From: Anaerolineae bacterium | GTDB lineage: Bacteria; Chloroflexota; Anaerolineae; Epilineales; Epilineaceae | DNA length: 64,000 nt | Assembly: GCA_038913135.1 (NCBI GenBank) | Contig: JBCLES010000003.1 | Span: forward strand, 27,696-91,695 | Direction of reading: 5' to 3' | Part shown: piece after piece, positions 1 to 9,157 of the stretch | Layout: each line of letters opens with the position of its first letter | How positions within the stretch are numbered: position 1 is the stretch's first letter | Notes under the pieces: model-generated | Seen by the model: the letters and a program-made list of their open reading frames with translations, nothing else | The model's database searches: none | Told to the model about the DNA's origin: nothing | Position numbers and translations under genes: made by a program

Positions 1-270
1 GATCACCCCGTCGGCCTCTTCCAGGCTGTTCAGGACGATCGTCTTGGGCAGCTTTTTATCGGTGAACCAGTTGTACCAGACCGGCCAGGCATTGCGCGGG
101 CTGTCCGACCAGACAGCTTCGCCGCCCCGCCAAAGGCGAATCGCCTCGTCGTACGGAATTGCGATCACGGTATAGAGCGACAGAATGATGAGACCTGCGA
201 TCATCGTCAGCCCGACGATTGCCGATGGATAGCCGCGCAGCTGCGCAAGCCTTTGCTTGAAGGCGATCAT
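1..270 (-). CDS. ABC transporter permease (DppC/OppC-like), 5' part only; gene runs off the window start
   Basis: Absent from the ORF track because it has no stop in the window. Hand translation of the reverse strand from ATG (complement of 268-270) gives MIAFKQRLAQLRGYPSAIVGLTMIAGLIILSLYTVIAIPYDEAIRLWRGGEAVWSDSPRNAWPVWYNWF..., an OppC-type N-terminus with one TM helix. Its ATG overlaps the TGA of the upstream permease gene (ATGA at 267-270). Confidence 0.6.
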   Translation of the reverse strand, partial: MIAFKQRLAQLRGYPSAIVGLTMIAGLIILSLYTVIAIPYDEAIRLWRGGEAVWSDSPRNAWPVWYNWFTDKKLPKTIVLNSLEEADGVI

Positions 271-1427
271 CGCCCAGTTCCTCCCTTGCCGACCCTGACC
301 CGTGGATCGACGAGCGCGTAAAGAAAGTCCAGCAGGAAGACGGTGATGCCCAGGAGATACGCATAAACCACTGTCACCGCGACGATCACGGGTGTGTCGT
401 ATAGACCGATGGCCCTGAAGTAAAGTTGTCCGATTCCGGGCCAATTGAAAACGGTCTCCAGGATGATCGCCCCGGTCCAGAGATTGATGACCAGGAGTGC
501 GAAGCTCGTGAGGATGTTGGGCAGCGTCGGCCGCAGTATGTAGCGCCGTTCGATCATTTGATCCGTCAGTCCCTTCGCCTTCGCGAGTTCCACATAGTCC
601 TCGCTCGAGAATATGAGGAAGAAAGTGCGCCAGTTGTAGATCGAAAGGAAGATCGCCCCCATCAAAGTGGCGGATACAGGGAGGATCATGTGCCTCAGCA
701 CACTGAGCGCATACTCGACCCGATCGTCCGGCGGCGGCGCCTTGACCATTCCACCGAAGGGCAGGACACCGAAGATCCCGGCGAAGATAAGGATGAGGAA
801 GAGGCCGAAGAACCATCCTGGAGCAGCCGAGGTCGGCGCGAGCGCCATCACCGCTTTGTCGAGCCAACTCCCGTAGCGCCGGGAAAGACGCAGCGCGACC
901 CAGATGGCTAGGAAGAACAACAAAAGGTTCGATGTTCCGAAAAGTACAAGTGTGGAAGGCAGTCGTTCGGTGATCACACGTCTGACCAGCTTCGAGCCGC
1001 TGTCGCTGACGAGTCTCTCCGCAAATCCAAGATCGAGAGTCAAAGCGTTCCTAAGATATCGAAAACTTCGGATGAGGAAGGGTTGGTCGAGCCCGAGGCG
1101 CTTCTCCTGAAGTCTGACCTGTTCACCGATCAGCACCATCCGTTCCGCGTTGGAGAGACGATCCAATTCCGGGTTCATCGAGACGGCGACATCCACCCCT
1201 TCACGTATCTGCGCCTTGCGGATCAGGTCGACGTGCCCGCCCATGTTCGCGATCAGGATCGTTAAGTAAACCCCGATCACTACCGTGAAAAAGAGTGCGA
1301 CGAGCCGGAGCACTGTGTAGCGGCCGAGCCTCAGCCATGTCTCGCGTGCCGCCTTCTTGGCGGCGGACTCGACGGCCTCGGCTTCCATGCGGGACAGGTC
1401 TTTAATGGTGAGCGTATCCTGGGCCAC
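267..1427 (-). CDS. ABC transporter permease, peptide/nickel type (DppB/OppB-like)
   Basis: 386-aa multi-TM ORF with a typical DppB-like core (FRYLRNALTLDLGF..., LFGTSNLLLFFLAIWVALRLSRRYGSWLDKAVMALAPTSAAPGWFFGLFLILIF). GTG start at 1427; an ATG 13 codons in is an alternative. Stop overlaps the next permease start. Confidence 0.85.
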   Translation of the reverse strand: MAQDTLTIKDLSRMEAEAVESAAKKAARETWLRLGRYTVLRLVALFFTVVIGVYLTILIANMGGHVDLIRKAQIREGVDVAVSMNPELDRLSNAERMVLIGEQVRLQEKRLGLDQPFLIRSFRYLRNALTLDLGFAERLVSDSGSKLVRRVITERLPSTLVLFGTSNLLLFFLAIWVALRLSRRYGSWLDKAVMALAPTSAAPGWFFGLFLILIFAGIFGVLPFGGMVKAPPPDDRVEYALSVLRHMILPVSATLMGAIFLSIYNWRTFFLIFSSEDYVELAKAKGLTDQMIERRYILRPTLPNILTSFALLVINLWTGAIILETVFNWPGIGQLYFRAIGLYDTPVIVAVTVVYAYLLGITVFLLDFLYALVDPRVRVGKGGTGR

Positions 1428-1475
1428 CGCGCACTCTCCGCTGGCTGGGTGTTTAGACGGGATTGTGGGGTCGGT

Positions 1476-1513
1476 CAGCGGGAGGGCCGGCCGACCGGCC
1501 GGCCCTCCCGCTG
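1476..1513 (-). promoter_or_regulatory. Perfect 17-bp GC stem-loop between the SBP and permease genes (intercistronic hairpin)
   Basis: Read directly: CAGCGGGAGGGCCGGCC-GACC-GGCCGGCCCTCCCGCTG. It lies 10 nt downstream of the SBP stop and about 50 nt upstream of the permease start. No U-tract follows, so it is not a canonical intrinsic terminator. Confidence 0.6.
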
Positions 1514-1523
1514 GAAGATCATG

Positions 1524-4094
1524 TTACGGCGACGAAATGAAGTCCGTTGCGCCAAGGCTTGGCAACGCGACGAGGTTCGAAACCACAACGACCTCTAGCC
1601 GATTGGAGCCTTCGGCGAGTCCCTGCGTGATGTCGCTCGAGAGCTCGACCTGCCACTTGCCGTCCGCGACATTCTCGGCCGCACCTGTGTCGATGAGCTC
1701 ACCCGCCGAATTAAAGGCCAGGTACTTGACCTCTTGAACATCGGCGGCCGCGTACGGCGCCCCGTCAAAGGTGACGAAGACGTCGAAGATTGCGGCCTCA
1801 CCAGCCGTCACCGAGCCCGGTCCATCGATCTCGACTTCGGCGATCTTGGGCTCCGCGAAGCGCGCCCACTTGTCGGATGGGTCGGGGAAGTTCTCGTTGC
1901 GCACAAGGCTCACCGTCTTTTCGACCGGGAACGCGCGTTCGAGGTAGAAAGGCCCGGTACCGATCCAGTAGTGCTCCCGCTCCGTGAACCATGTCTGCAG
2001 GTTCTGGTAACGCGCCGCGATCTCGTCGGGAGTGACGAACTCGCTCATCGTGGCGGCGTACGGGAGGGTGCTCTGGCCGGCCGCTTCGGTGAGCTGGTTG
2101 GTGAGGATCTCGATAGTCGGGCCTGCGATGTAGCTGAATTGCTCGGTCTCGAGCGCCGTCGCCTTGTCGGCGGAGAAGGCGGCCAATCCGGCAGCCTCGC
2201 CCATGACTCCAAGTCCGACGGTGTGCCACGCGCCCTCGCCCTGAGCGTAGTACGGCCAGAGGGTACGTAGATTCGAGATCGCATTTTCGGCATCCAGCGA
2301 CCAATTGTCGCTGTAGAACTCGATCGTGACCGGATCGGTCGATGCGATCTTTATACCCTTGAACGTCGACATGAAGGAGTCGAAGTTGGGGACCTGCGCC
2401 TCGTCGTAGATCGCGCTGGCCGTCTTAGCCTGATCGAAGTTCATGATCAGGTACATCACCATGTCGCCCAGGCTCAACGGGCTGCCGTCATGCCAAGCCA
2501 CCGTTTCGAACAGATCGGCAGGGTAAGTCGTGACCGTCTTGATCAGCGCGGTCGCGGTCTCCGTGTAGAAGTCGGCGGCCGTGATGAAGGTCTGCGTTTC
2601 AGCATCCCAATCAACCCACACATCGTCAGGCACCACGATCTCGGGCACCTTGTTCAGTTCAACCCAGTCCAAGGACGAATTGACCGGCAGGTCTTCCTGG
2701 ACGTCGACCTGGAAGCTCTCGACGCGCTGCGGCCAGTTGAGTCCCGTGTTCGGGTCCGGCATGTACGACCACTGGCCGGTCGCGCGGATCAGCGCATTGT
2801 CGTAGATCCAATTCGTTCCGGCTACCGGATTCCAGACCTCGGTAAGGATGCTGGCGCTCGCCCACTTGACTTCGCCACCCTCTTCACCGTCGTGGCGGAG
2901 GGTGTATGGCCAAAGAGCCGAACCATAGATGCTTCCCGAAAGGTCGTACGAAACGGAAATGCCCTCGCGATACGGTGCCACGCTCGTCCGATCCAGCAGC
3001 CAGATTCGTGCGGAGTCCTCGAGAGCGAGCGGCAACGCCTGCGCGAAGAGTTCCGTCCGTTCGTCCATGCTGGAGTAGTCGCTATCGTCGAGCCGCTGCG
3101 AGATCTCGGCGAACTCCGCGGTTGGCGTGTATGCCTGCCACAACGGGCGCGGCAGACCGGACGGCGTGTAGTAGAAGTTGAAGTTGCCGCTGGCGTCGCG
3201 GTCGATCACTGTCGCGATCCAGCCGCCAGTGTAGAAGCCGAAGAGGCACTCCGACGGCTCGCTCGCCTGCCAAATAGGCGCGGCTTCGGCAGAGGTCTTA
3301 TAGTCAGGCACGACCGTAAAGCCGATTTCCTTGAGTTGCGCCGCGAAGTAGTCTCCGATCTGCGTTCGCTCGTCCTCGGACCGGATTAGGCCGATGATCT
3401 CGACCGGCGCGCCCTGGTAGGTCCACACGTCGTTCTCGAGCGAAGCGCCAAGCGTCTCCATCTCTTCCGCTACCACCGTGCGAGCTTGCTCGAGGTCGTA
3501 CGCGTACTTCGCTTCGATCGCCCGGATCTCCGCCGCCAGCCGGCCGCGATCGGCCGATGCCGTGTTGATCGGGACCCAGCGCGGGGTGCCGAGGCCGCCC
3601 ATGATCTCCGCGATAAGATAGTCGCGGTCGACGAGCCAGTTCATGGCCTCGCGGATGCGCGGCACGGAGAACGGGTTAAGCTTGGTCGTATCGGCACATG
3701 CCGAAGGGTTGAACGTCATCTCGTTGTAAGAGCCGTAGGAGGTGGCGTACTGCAGGCCTTCAGCCTGTTGAATCGCCTCGAAAGTGCCGGGCGATGCCAC
3801 CGTATAGGCATAGACATCGATGTCACCGGCGCCGAGGCGCGTGACCGCGGCATCCGCGTTCGGCTCCTCGATCACTGTCACTCGATCGAGCCAGGCGCCG
3901 GTTCGATCCGTCGACGGCATCTCAGGCTCTTCGACGACGGGTTCAGTCGGCAGGTCGGGGTCAGGCAGCGTGGGGTCCTCCGTGCCTTGCGCGGCGGGAT
4001 CCGCTCCATCGGGCGTCGTGCCGCGATCGCATGCAGCGAGCGCGAAGCCCATGAGCGAGAGGACCATCATCGATCGAAGCAGGTTCTTAAGCAT
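1524..4094 (-). CDS. ABC transporter substrate-binding lipoprotein, family 5 (peptide/nickel), with extra C-terminal Ig-like region
   Basis: The 932-aa track ORF is trimmed to ATG at 4094 (MLKNLLRSMMVLSLMGFALAACDRG: signal peptide plus LAAC lipobox) with GGAAGGAGAG just upstream. The body is family-5 SBP-like. The last ~100 aa (IAEVEIDGPGSVTAGEAAIFDVFVTFDG...) extend beyond the usual SBP fold. Confidence 0.85.
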   Translation of the reverse strand: MLKNLLRSMMVLSLMGFALAACDRGTTPDGADPAAQGTEDPTLPDPDLPTEPVVEEPEMPSTDRTGAWLDRVTVIEEPNADAAVTRLGAGDIDVYAYTVASPGTFEAIQQAEGLQYATSYGSYNEMTFNPSACADTTKLNPFSVPRIREAMNWLVDRDYLIAEIMGGLGTPRWVPINTASADRGRLAAEIRAIEAKYAYDLEQARTVVAEEMETLGASLENDVWTYQGAPVEIIGLIRSEDERTQIGDYFAAQLKEIGFTVVPDYKTSAEAAPIWQASEPSECLFGFYTGGWIATVIDRDASGNFNFYYTPSGLPRPLWQAYTPTAEFAEISQRLDDSDYSSMDERTELFAQALPLALEDSARIWLLDRTSVAPYREGISVSYDLSGSIYGSALWPYTLRHDGEEGGEVKWASASILTEVWNPVAGTNWIYDNALIRATGQWSYMPDPNTGLNWPQRVESFQVDVQEDLPVNSSLDWVELNKVPEIVVPDDVWVDWDAETQTFITAADFYTETATALIKTVTTYPADLFETVAWHDGSPLSLGDMVMYLIMNFDQAKTASAIYDEAQVPNFDSFMSTFKGIKIASTDPVTIEFYSDNWSLDAENAISNLRTLWPYYAQGEGAWHTVGLGVMGEAAGLAAFSADKATALETEQFSYIAGPTIEILTNQLTEAAGQSTLPYAATMSEFVTPDEIAARYQNLQTWFTEREHYWIGTGPFYLERAFPVEKTVSLVRNENFPDPSDKWARFAEPKIAEVEIDGPGSVTAGEAAIFDVFVTFDGAPYAAADVQEVKYLAFNSAGELIDTGAAENVADGKWQVELSSDITQGLAEGSNRLEVVVVSNLVALPSLGATDFISSP

Positions 4095-4363
4095 TGCGTT
4101 CTCTCCTTCCCTGATGCGGGTACTTCTTCGGATGTCCGGTCGAAAACAGGGTAGCGCGATCGAACGGATCAACATATGAAACGAACGTGGAGCGATGCGG
4201 TTCAACGGATTAGCAAGAGAGCATATCAAATGGCGGGTTTGTCGGCCAGTTGAACGATAGTGGAAGGAGCATGTTCCGGGCTGTCGAAACCGATCGGGCC
4301 ATGTAGCGGCGGGGAGTATCATTGGTCGGATCGTGCGCTCGGTGCGACCGAGAGAGGTGAGGT

Positions 4364-5125
4364 ATGAAAGGTCTAGATGGAAAAGTGGCGTTGGTTACCG
4401 GTGCCGGGTCGGGTATCGGACGCGCGACGGCGATAGCATTTTCACGGGAAGGCGCAGCGGTAGTCGTCGCGGATGTCGATGCCGACGGAGGCGCGGAGAC
4501 CGTCGACTCTATCGAAGCGGTGGGCGGTCGTGCAATGTACGTCGCAACCGATGTGTCCGACGAAGCAGCCGTGAGCGCGCTTGTGGCGCGCTGCACGGAA
4601 GCGTATGGCCGGCTCGATATCGCCTGTAACAATGCCGGTATCGGGGGCGGATCGGCGCCCACGGGAGACTATCTTACCGAGGAATGGGACCGCGTTATCA
4701 GCATCAATCTCACCGGCGCATTCTATTGCATGCGATATGAGATACCGGCAATGCTTCAGACGGGCGGCGGAGCGATTGTCAACATGTCATCGATCCTTGG
4801 AACCGTCGGCTTCGCCAACGCGCCGGCGTACGTCGCGGCCAAGCACGGCTTGATCGGTCTGACCAAGACCGCCGCGATCGAGTACGCGACGTCTGGAATT
4901 CGCGTTAACGCCATATGTCCGGGATTCATTGCGACGCCGCTCCTGGAGGGTGCCGGCTTGCTCGAGGAAAGTCCGGTGCACGACATGCTCGTCGGCCTTC
5001 ACCCGATGCAACGCTTCGGGACGTCGGAGGAAGTGGCCGAAGCCGTTGTATGGCTGAGCTCGGATGTCGCTAGCTTTGTAACGGGCCACGCGATGCTTGT
5101 CGATGGGGGATACACGGCGCGCTAG
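4364..5125 (+). CDS. Short-chain dehydrogenase/reductase (SDR) family oxidoreductase
   Basis: TGAGSGIGRA cofactor motif, NNAG, and catalytic YVAAKHG (YxxxK) in a 253-aa protein. Confidence 0.9.
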   Translation: MKGLDGKVALVTGAGSGIGRATAIAFSREGAAVVVADVDADGGAETVDSIEAVGGRAMYVATDVSDEAAVSALVARCTEAYGRLDIACNNAGIGGGSAPTGDYLTEEWDRVISINLTGAFYCMRYEIPAMLQTGGGAIVNMSSILGTVGFANAPAYVAAKHGLIGLTKTAAIEYATSGIRVNAICPGFIATPLLEGAGLLEESPVHDMLVGLHPMQRFGTSEEVAEAVVWLSSDVASFVTGHAMLVDGGYTAR

Positions 5126-5284
5126 CTTCCGACTCTCGGCCGCGCTTCCGCCATGAACTTGGGTCTCACGGCCAGCCGGGCCCGGCGTGGTCGGCTCGAT
5201 CGCGGTGGTGATCTCGATTAGAATCCCACGTTCAGACCATTCAGGTTTGCCCGCCGAGCTGGGGGAATGTAAGGAGTGGCGCTC

Positions 5285-6154
5285 ATGAAGAGGTTGACTT
5301 CATTGTTGGTCGTGTTGGCTTCGGCTGTGGTGCTAGGGTGCGGGGGAAGATCCGATCGAACCGTCATTGAGAACAAGGGATCGGACACCTTGGTCAACGT
5401 TGCGCAAGCGTGGGCCGAAGCATATCGGGAGATCGATCCAAATGTAGCGGTCGCCATCACCGGCGGAGGGAGCGGCACCGGCATCTCGGCGATGATCAAC
5501 GGAACCGTCGACATTGCGAACTCGAGCCGCGTCATGACACCTGACGAGATCGAGTCGGCGCGCGCGAACGGCATCGAGCCCGTGGAGCATATCGTCGGCT
5601 TCGATGCCCTCGCCGTGTTCGTCCATCAGGACAATCCGGTGGACGAGGTGACGATCGAGCAGCTCGCCGACATCTATGGCGAGGACGGGTTAGTGGAAGT
5701 CTGGAGCGATCTTGGGGTTGTCGTGCCGGGCTGCCAAAGCGATGAGATCGTCCGCGTCAGCCGACAGAACAATTCCGGAACGTACGTGTACTTCCAAGAG
5801 GCCGTGCTCGGCGACTCTGAGTTCCGTTTGGGGTCGCGCGACATGCACGGCTCCAAGGACGTCGTCGATCTTGTCGCGAACACGCCGTGCGCCATCGGCT
5901 ACAGCGGAATGGCGTATGCGACCGACGAGGTCAAGATGCCCTGCGTCGTCTCGGGGAGTGACGGTTGCGTCGCTCCATCGATCGAGAGCGCCTTGGATGG
6001 CAGCTATCCTATCGCCAGGCCGCTTCTCATGTACACAGCCGGCGCTCCCGAAGGCGCGGTCGCCGCGTATCTTGATTGGATTCTTAGCACTGGTGGGCAA
6101 TGTATATTGCAGGACAAGGGATACGCGCCGGTGGAGCCGGCGAATTGCGGCTGA
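5285..6154 (+). CDS. pstS: Phosphate ABC transporter substrate-binding lipoprotein PstS
   Basis: GSDTLVNVAQAWAEAY...ITGGGSGTGISAMINGTVDIANSSR is the PstS/PBP signature. ATG at 5285 (MKRLTSLLVVLASAVVLGCGG, lipobox) lies 8 nt after AAGGAG (5271-5276). The track start at 5276 is a GTG inside the RBS. Confidence 0.9.
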   Translation: MKRLTSLLVVLASAVVLGCGGRSDRTVIENKGSDTLVNVAQAWAEAYREIDPNVAVAITGGGSGTGISAMINGTVDIANSSRVMTPDEIESARANGIEPVEHIVGFDALAVFVHQDNPVDEVTIEQLADIYGEDGLVEVWSDLGVVVPGCQSDEIVRVSRQNNSGTYVYFQEAVLGDSEFRLGSRDMHGSKDVVDLVANTPCAIGYSGMAYATDEVKMPCVVSGSDGCVAPSIESALDGSYPIARPLLMYTAGAPEGAVAAYLDWILSTGGQCILQDKGYAPVEPANCG

Positions 6155-6223
6155 ATCTTGTGGGGGTAGGCGCTCGCCCGAACTCGCTCAAGAACCGGCT
6201 CAAGCCGCGTGGAGGACGATCCG

Positions 6224-7282
6224 ATGTCCCATTATGAACGGCGACTGGAAGCGGACGTGGAGCGCATTCGCGAGGAAGTGCGCGAAGTCTCGGAAAGGAT
6301 CCAGCGAGCCCTCGACGATTCGGTGCGGGCGCTCCTGTCCGGGGATCGCGACCTGACGAACGCGACGATACTCGGCGATCTCCAGATCAACAGGGAGATT
6401 CGCGACATCGACCATCTCTGCCTTGTCTTCGTCAACCGGCACCTGCCGACGGCTGGGCACTTGCGCTTCGTATCGGCGGTGCGACGCCTGATTATAGGGC
6501 TCGAGCGGATTGGAGACTACGCAGTTACGATCGGGCGCGCCACGATCCAACTCTCACAGCCACCTCCAGGCACCCTGATGCGCGATATCGAGATGATGGC
6601 CGATCACAGTCGCCTGATTCTGGCGCAATCCATGGAGTCCTTCAATCAAGAGAACGCGGACTCAGCCAAGGCGATACTGACCCTTGCAGGCCAGATGGAC
6701 AGCACGTTTCACCGTGCGCTTTCGGATCTCATCCGGGAAGGGGAAAAGGGCAGTCGTCCGGTCGGCGACATCGTTGCGCTCCAGACCATTTTCAATCGGC
6801 TTGAGCGAGTGAACGATCAAGCTAAGAACATCTGTGAGGAGACTATTTTCGCGGTTACCGGAGAGACGAAACCCCAGAAGGTCTATCGCATCCTGTTCAT
6901 CGACGAGCGCGACGATTGCCTCACGAAGATCGCGGAGGCATTGGCGCGGGTCGAGTATCCTGAAAGCGGCCGCTACGCGAGCGCCGGCTGGAATCCGGCC
7001 GAATCGATGGACGAAGCGTGCCGAAGGCTCTTGGACCTCCACGGATTAGATCTAGACACTTATGAGCCGACACAGCTCAGAGCGGTACACGAAGTTCTAG
7101 ACGATTACCATGTGATCGTTGGGGTCGGAGCAAATCCACTGGAGCATATCCCCGACCTCCCGTTCCACACCGTGCTCCTGCATTGGCCGCTCGAGGTCGA
7201 TGGCCAGGCGGCGGCGATGGAGACGCTCAGGAAGTACGTACGCCAGTTGATGGAAACTTTGCGCGGTCCGAAGGCCGGCTGA
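6224..7282 (+). CDS. phoU: PhoU-domain phosphate regulator fused to a degenerate low-molecular-weight phosphatase/ArsC-like domain
   Basis: Two PhoU repeats (LERIGDYAV..., LERVNDQAKNICE). The C-terminal ~140 aa (KVYRILFIDERDDCLTKIAEALAR...SAGWNP...DYHVIVGVG) resemble the LMWPc fold but lack the C-x5-R catalytic residues. ATG at 6224 lies 8 nt after GGAGG. Confidence 0.8.
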   Translation: MSHYERRLEADVERIREEVREVSERIQRALDDSVRALLSGDRDLTNATILGDLQINREIRDIDHLCLVFVNRHLPTAGHLRFVSAVRRLIIGLERIGDYAVTIGRATIQLSQPPPGTLMRDIEMMADHSRLILAQSMESFNQENADSAKAILTLAGQMDSTFHRALSDLIREGEKGSRPVGDIVALQTIFNRLERVNDQAKNICEETIFAVTGETKPQKVYRILFIDERDDCLTKIAEALARVEYPESGRYASAGWNPAESMDEACRRLLDLHGLDLDTYEPTQLRAVHEVLDDYHVIVGVGANPLEHIPDLPFHTVLLHWPLEVDGQAAAMETLRKYVRQLMETLRGPKAG

Positions 7283-7283
7283 G

Positions 7284-8204
7284 GTGGCGGCGGATCTCAA
7301 GTACCGGCACGCCGATCGGCGCGACCGAGCGTGGTATGTCGATCGACTTGCCCAGGCCGTCGTCTTCATCGGAGGCATATCAGGCATCGTCGCGATCGTC
7401 GGTATTTTCGCGTTCATTCTGCGCGAAGGTCTGCCGTTCATACTCGAAGACCTCCGTCCGCGAGAATTCTTCCTTTCTCAGGCTTGGCGTCCCACCTCGA
7501 CCACTAAGCCGACGTACGGCATCCTCGCTTTGATGGCCGGCACCGCGAGCGTGACCGGCCTTGCGATGCTCGTCGCGGTGCCCTTTTCGCTCGGCGCAGC
7601 GATTTACATCGCTGAATTCGCCACGGGCCGGCGCCGTGAAGCTCTCAAGGTTCTGGTCGAGATGCTGGCCGCGATCCCTTCCGTAGCTTGGGGTTTCATC
7701 GGACTGAGCATCATGAATCCGCTGATAATCCGAATGTTCGATGTTCCGATCGGGCTCAGCGTTCTCAACGCCGGCATAATTCTCGGTTTGATGGCCGCGC
7801 CGATCATGACCACGATCGCGGAGGATGCGCTGAAGGCGGTCCCTGAAGCTTATCGCGAGGCGGCCGTGGCGATGGGCGCTACCCGCTGGCAGATGGTCCG
7901 GCGTGTAGTCTTGCCCGCTGCCAAGAACGGGCTTGTCGCGGCCATCCTTTTGGGCGTCGGGCGCGGCTTCGGTGAGACGATGGCGGTCCTGATGGCCAGC
8001 GGACATTCGATCAACATCCCGACGAGCCCGTTCGACTCTGTCCGTGCGCTCACCGCGACGATCGCCGCGGAGCTCGGGGAGACGGCGGTTGGCTCGGATC
8101 ACTTCCGGGCGCTGTTCACGTTGGGGATCTTGCTGTTCGCGGTCACCTTCTTCATTAACCTCACAGCTGACCTCGTGATCCGCGGCAGTCGGCGCGACGC
8201 GTGA
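7284..8204 (+). CDS. pstC: Phosphate ABC transporter permease PstC
   Basis: 306-aa multi-TM permease with a PstC-like core (AAIPSVAWGFIGL..., EAAVAMGATRWQMVRRVVLPAAKNG). Confidence 0.9.
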   Translation: MAADLKYRHADRRDRAWYVDRLAQAVVFIGGISGIVAIVGIFAFILREGLPFILEDLRPREFFLSQAWRPTSTTKPTYGILALMAGTASVTGLAMLVAVPFSLGAAIYIAEFATGRRREALKVLVEMLAAIPSVAWGFIGLSIMNPLIIRMFDVPIGLSVLNAGIILGLMAAPIMTTIAEDALKAVPEAYREAAVAMGATRWQMVRRVVLPAAKNGLVAAILLGVGRGFGETMAVLMASGHSINIPTSPFDSVRALTATIAAELGETAVGSDHFRALFTLGILLFAVTFFINLTADLVIRGSRRDA

Positions 8205-9157
8205 GCGGCCAAGGTCCGGCCTCACATGGCCTTGCACAGGACCAGGATGACGGCGTGAGGAACTCCACACTCCCGCTCGATCCGAGCGTATTCAAGACGA
8301 CGCCGCTCGATGTGCGCAACCGGAGGATCGAAGGCCTCGTCCGAACGCTCTTTCTCATGATGACGCTCCTGCTTATCCTGCCGGTCGTCATCATTCTAGG
8401 CGTGCTCGTGGTCGAGGGCGGGCCGGTCCTTTCGGTCGACTTCCTATTGACATATCCGACTTCCGGCATGACGGCCGGCGGCATCTTTCCGGCCCTCGTA
8501 GGCACTATTTGGCTTGTCGTCGTCGCCCTTCTGGCATCCGTGCCGATCGGCGTGGCGGCGGCCCTTTACCTGAGCGAGTATGCGCCGGATAATTTGCTCA
8601 CGCGGGCGATCAACCTTGCCATCATCAATCTGGCCGGCGTTCCTTCGATCGTCTACGCGCTGTTCGGAATAGGCGCATTCGTACTCTTCCTTGGCTTTGG
8701 GACGAGCATTCTGGCCGCTAGCCTCACACTGGCGATCATGACGCTGCCCGTGGTGATCGTCGCGACGCGAGAGGCGCTCCAATCGGTGCCACACGCCTTT
8801 CGCGAGGCGTGCTGGAGCATGGGGGCAACGCGCTGGCAGACTATCAGGCATGTCGTTCTGCCCAACGCGATAAGCGGCATCCTCACCGGAGTCATCCTGG
8901 AAGTCTCGCGCACGGCCGGCGAGACAGCCCCGATCATGTTCACGGGCGCGGCTTTCTTCCTGCCCTTCCTGCCGCAAGGTGTCCTCGACCAGACGATGGC
9001 GCTATCACTGCACCTCTTCGTAGTCTCGACACAAGTGCCGGATGTACCCGATCGCCTGCCCTACGGAATCGCGTTGGTCCTGATCGGCCTCGTCCTGCTT
9101 ATGAACTCGATCTCGATCGCGTTTCGCATCCGGCTGCGGGGCCGCAAAAAGTGGTGA
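8201..9157 (+). CDS. pstA: Phosphate ABC transporter permease PstA
   Basis: 318-aa permease with EACWSMGATRWQTIRHVVLPNAISGILTG. GTGA overlap with the pstC stop. Confidence 0.9.
   Translation: MSGQGPASHGLAQDQDDGVRNSTLPLDPSVFKTTPLDVRNRRIEGLVRTLFLMMTLLLILPVVIILGVLVVEGGPVLSVDFLLTYPTSGMTAGGIFPALVGTIWLVVVALLASVPIGVAAALYLSEYAPDNLLTRAINLAIINLAGVPSIVYALFGIGAFVLFLGFGTSILAASLTLAIMTLPVVIVATREALQSVPHAFREACWSMGATRWQTIRHVVLPNAISGILTGVILEVSRTAGETAPIMFTGAAFFLPFLPQGVLDQTMALSLHLFVVSTQVPDVPDRLPYGIALVLIGLVLLMNSISIAFRIRLRGRKKW

Noticed and set aside
1571-1590. GGTTCGAAAC, a T-loop-like string suggesting a tRNA
   Set aside because: It lies inside the SBP coding frame with no acceptor or anticodon stem complementarity around it.
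4095-4322. N-terminal 76-codon extension of the SBP ORF; likewise 37206-37766 for the FAD subunit, 8809-9153 for pstB, and 57304-57489 for ZIP
   Set aside because: The extensions are Arg/Ser-rich, overlap neighbouring genes or lack an RBS. Internal starts have an RBS, signal peptides or ATGA coupling.
5231-5244. Direct repeat TTCAG...TTCAG upstream of pstS as a possible Pho box
   Set aside because: The spacing is 9 bp rather than the ~11-bp periodicity of known PhoB/PhoP boxes, and there are only two short copies. That is insufficient evidence.
7380-8270. 296-aa minus-strand ORF
   Set aside because: Antisense to pstC; Arg/Asp-rich with no motifs.
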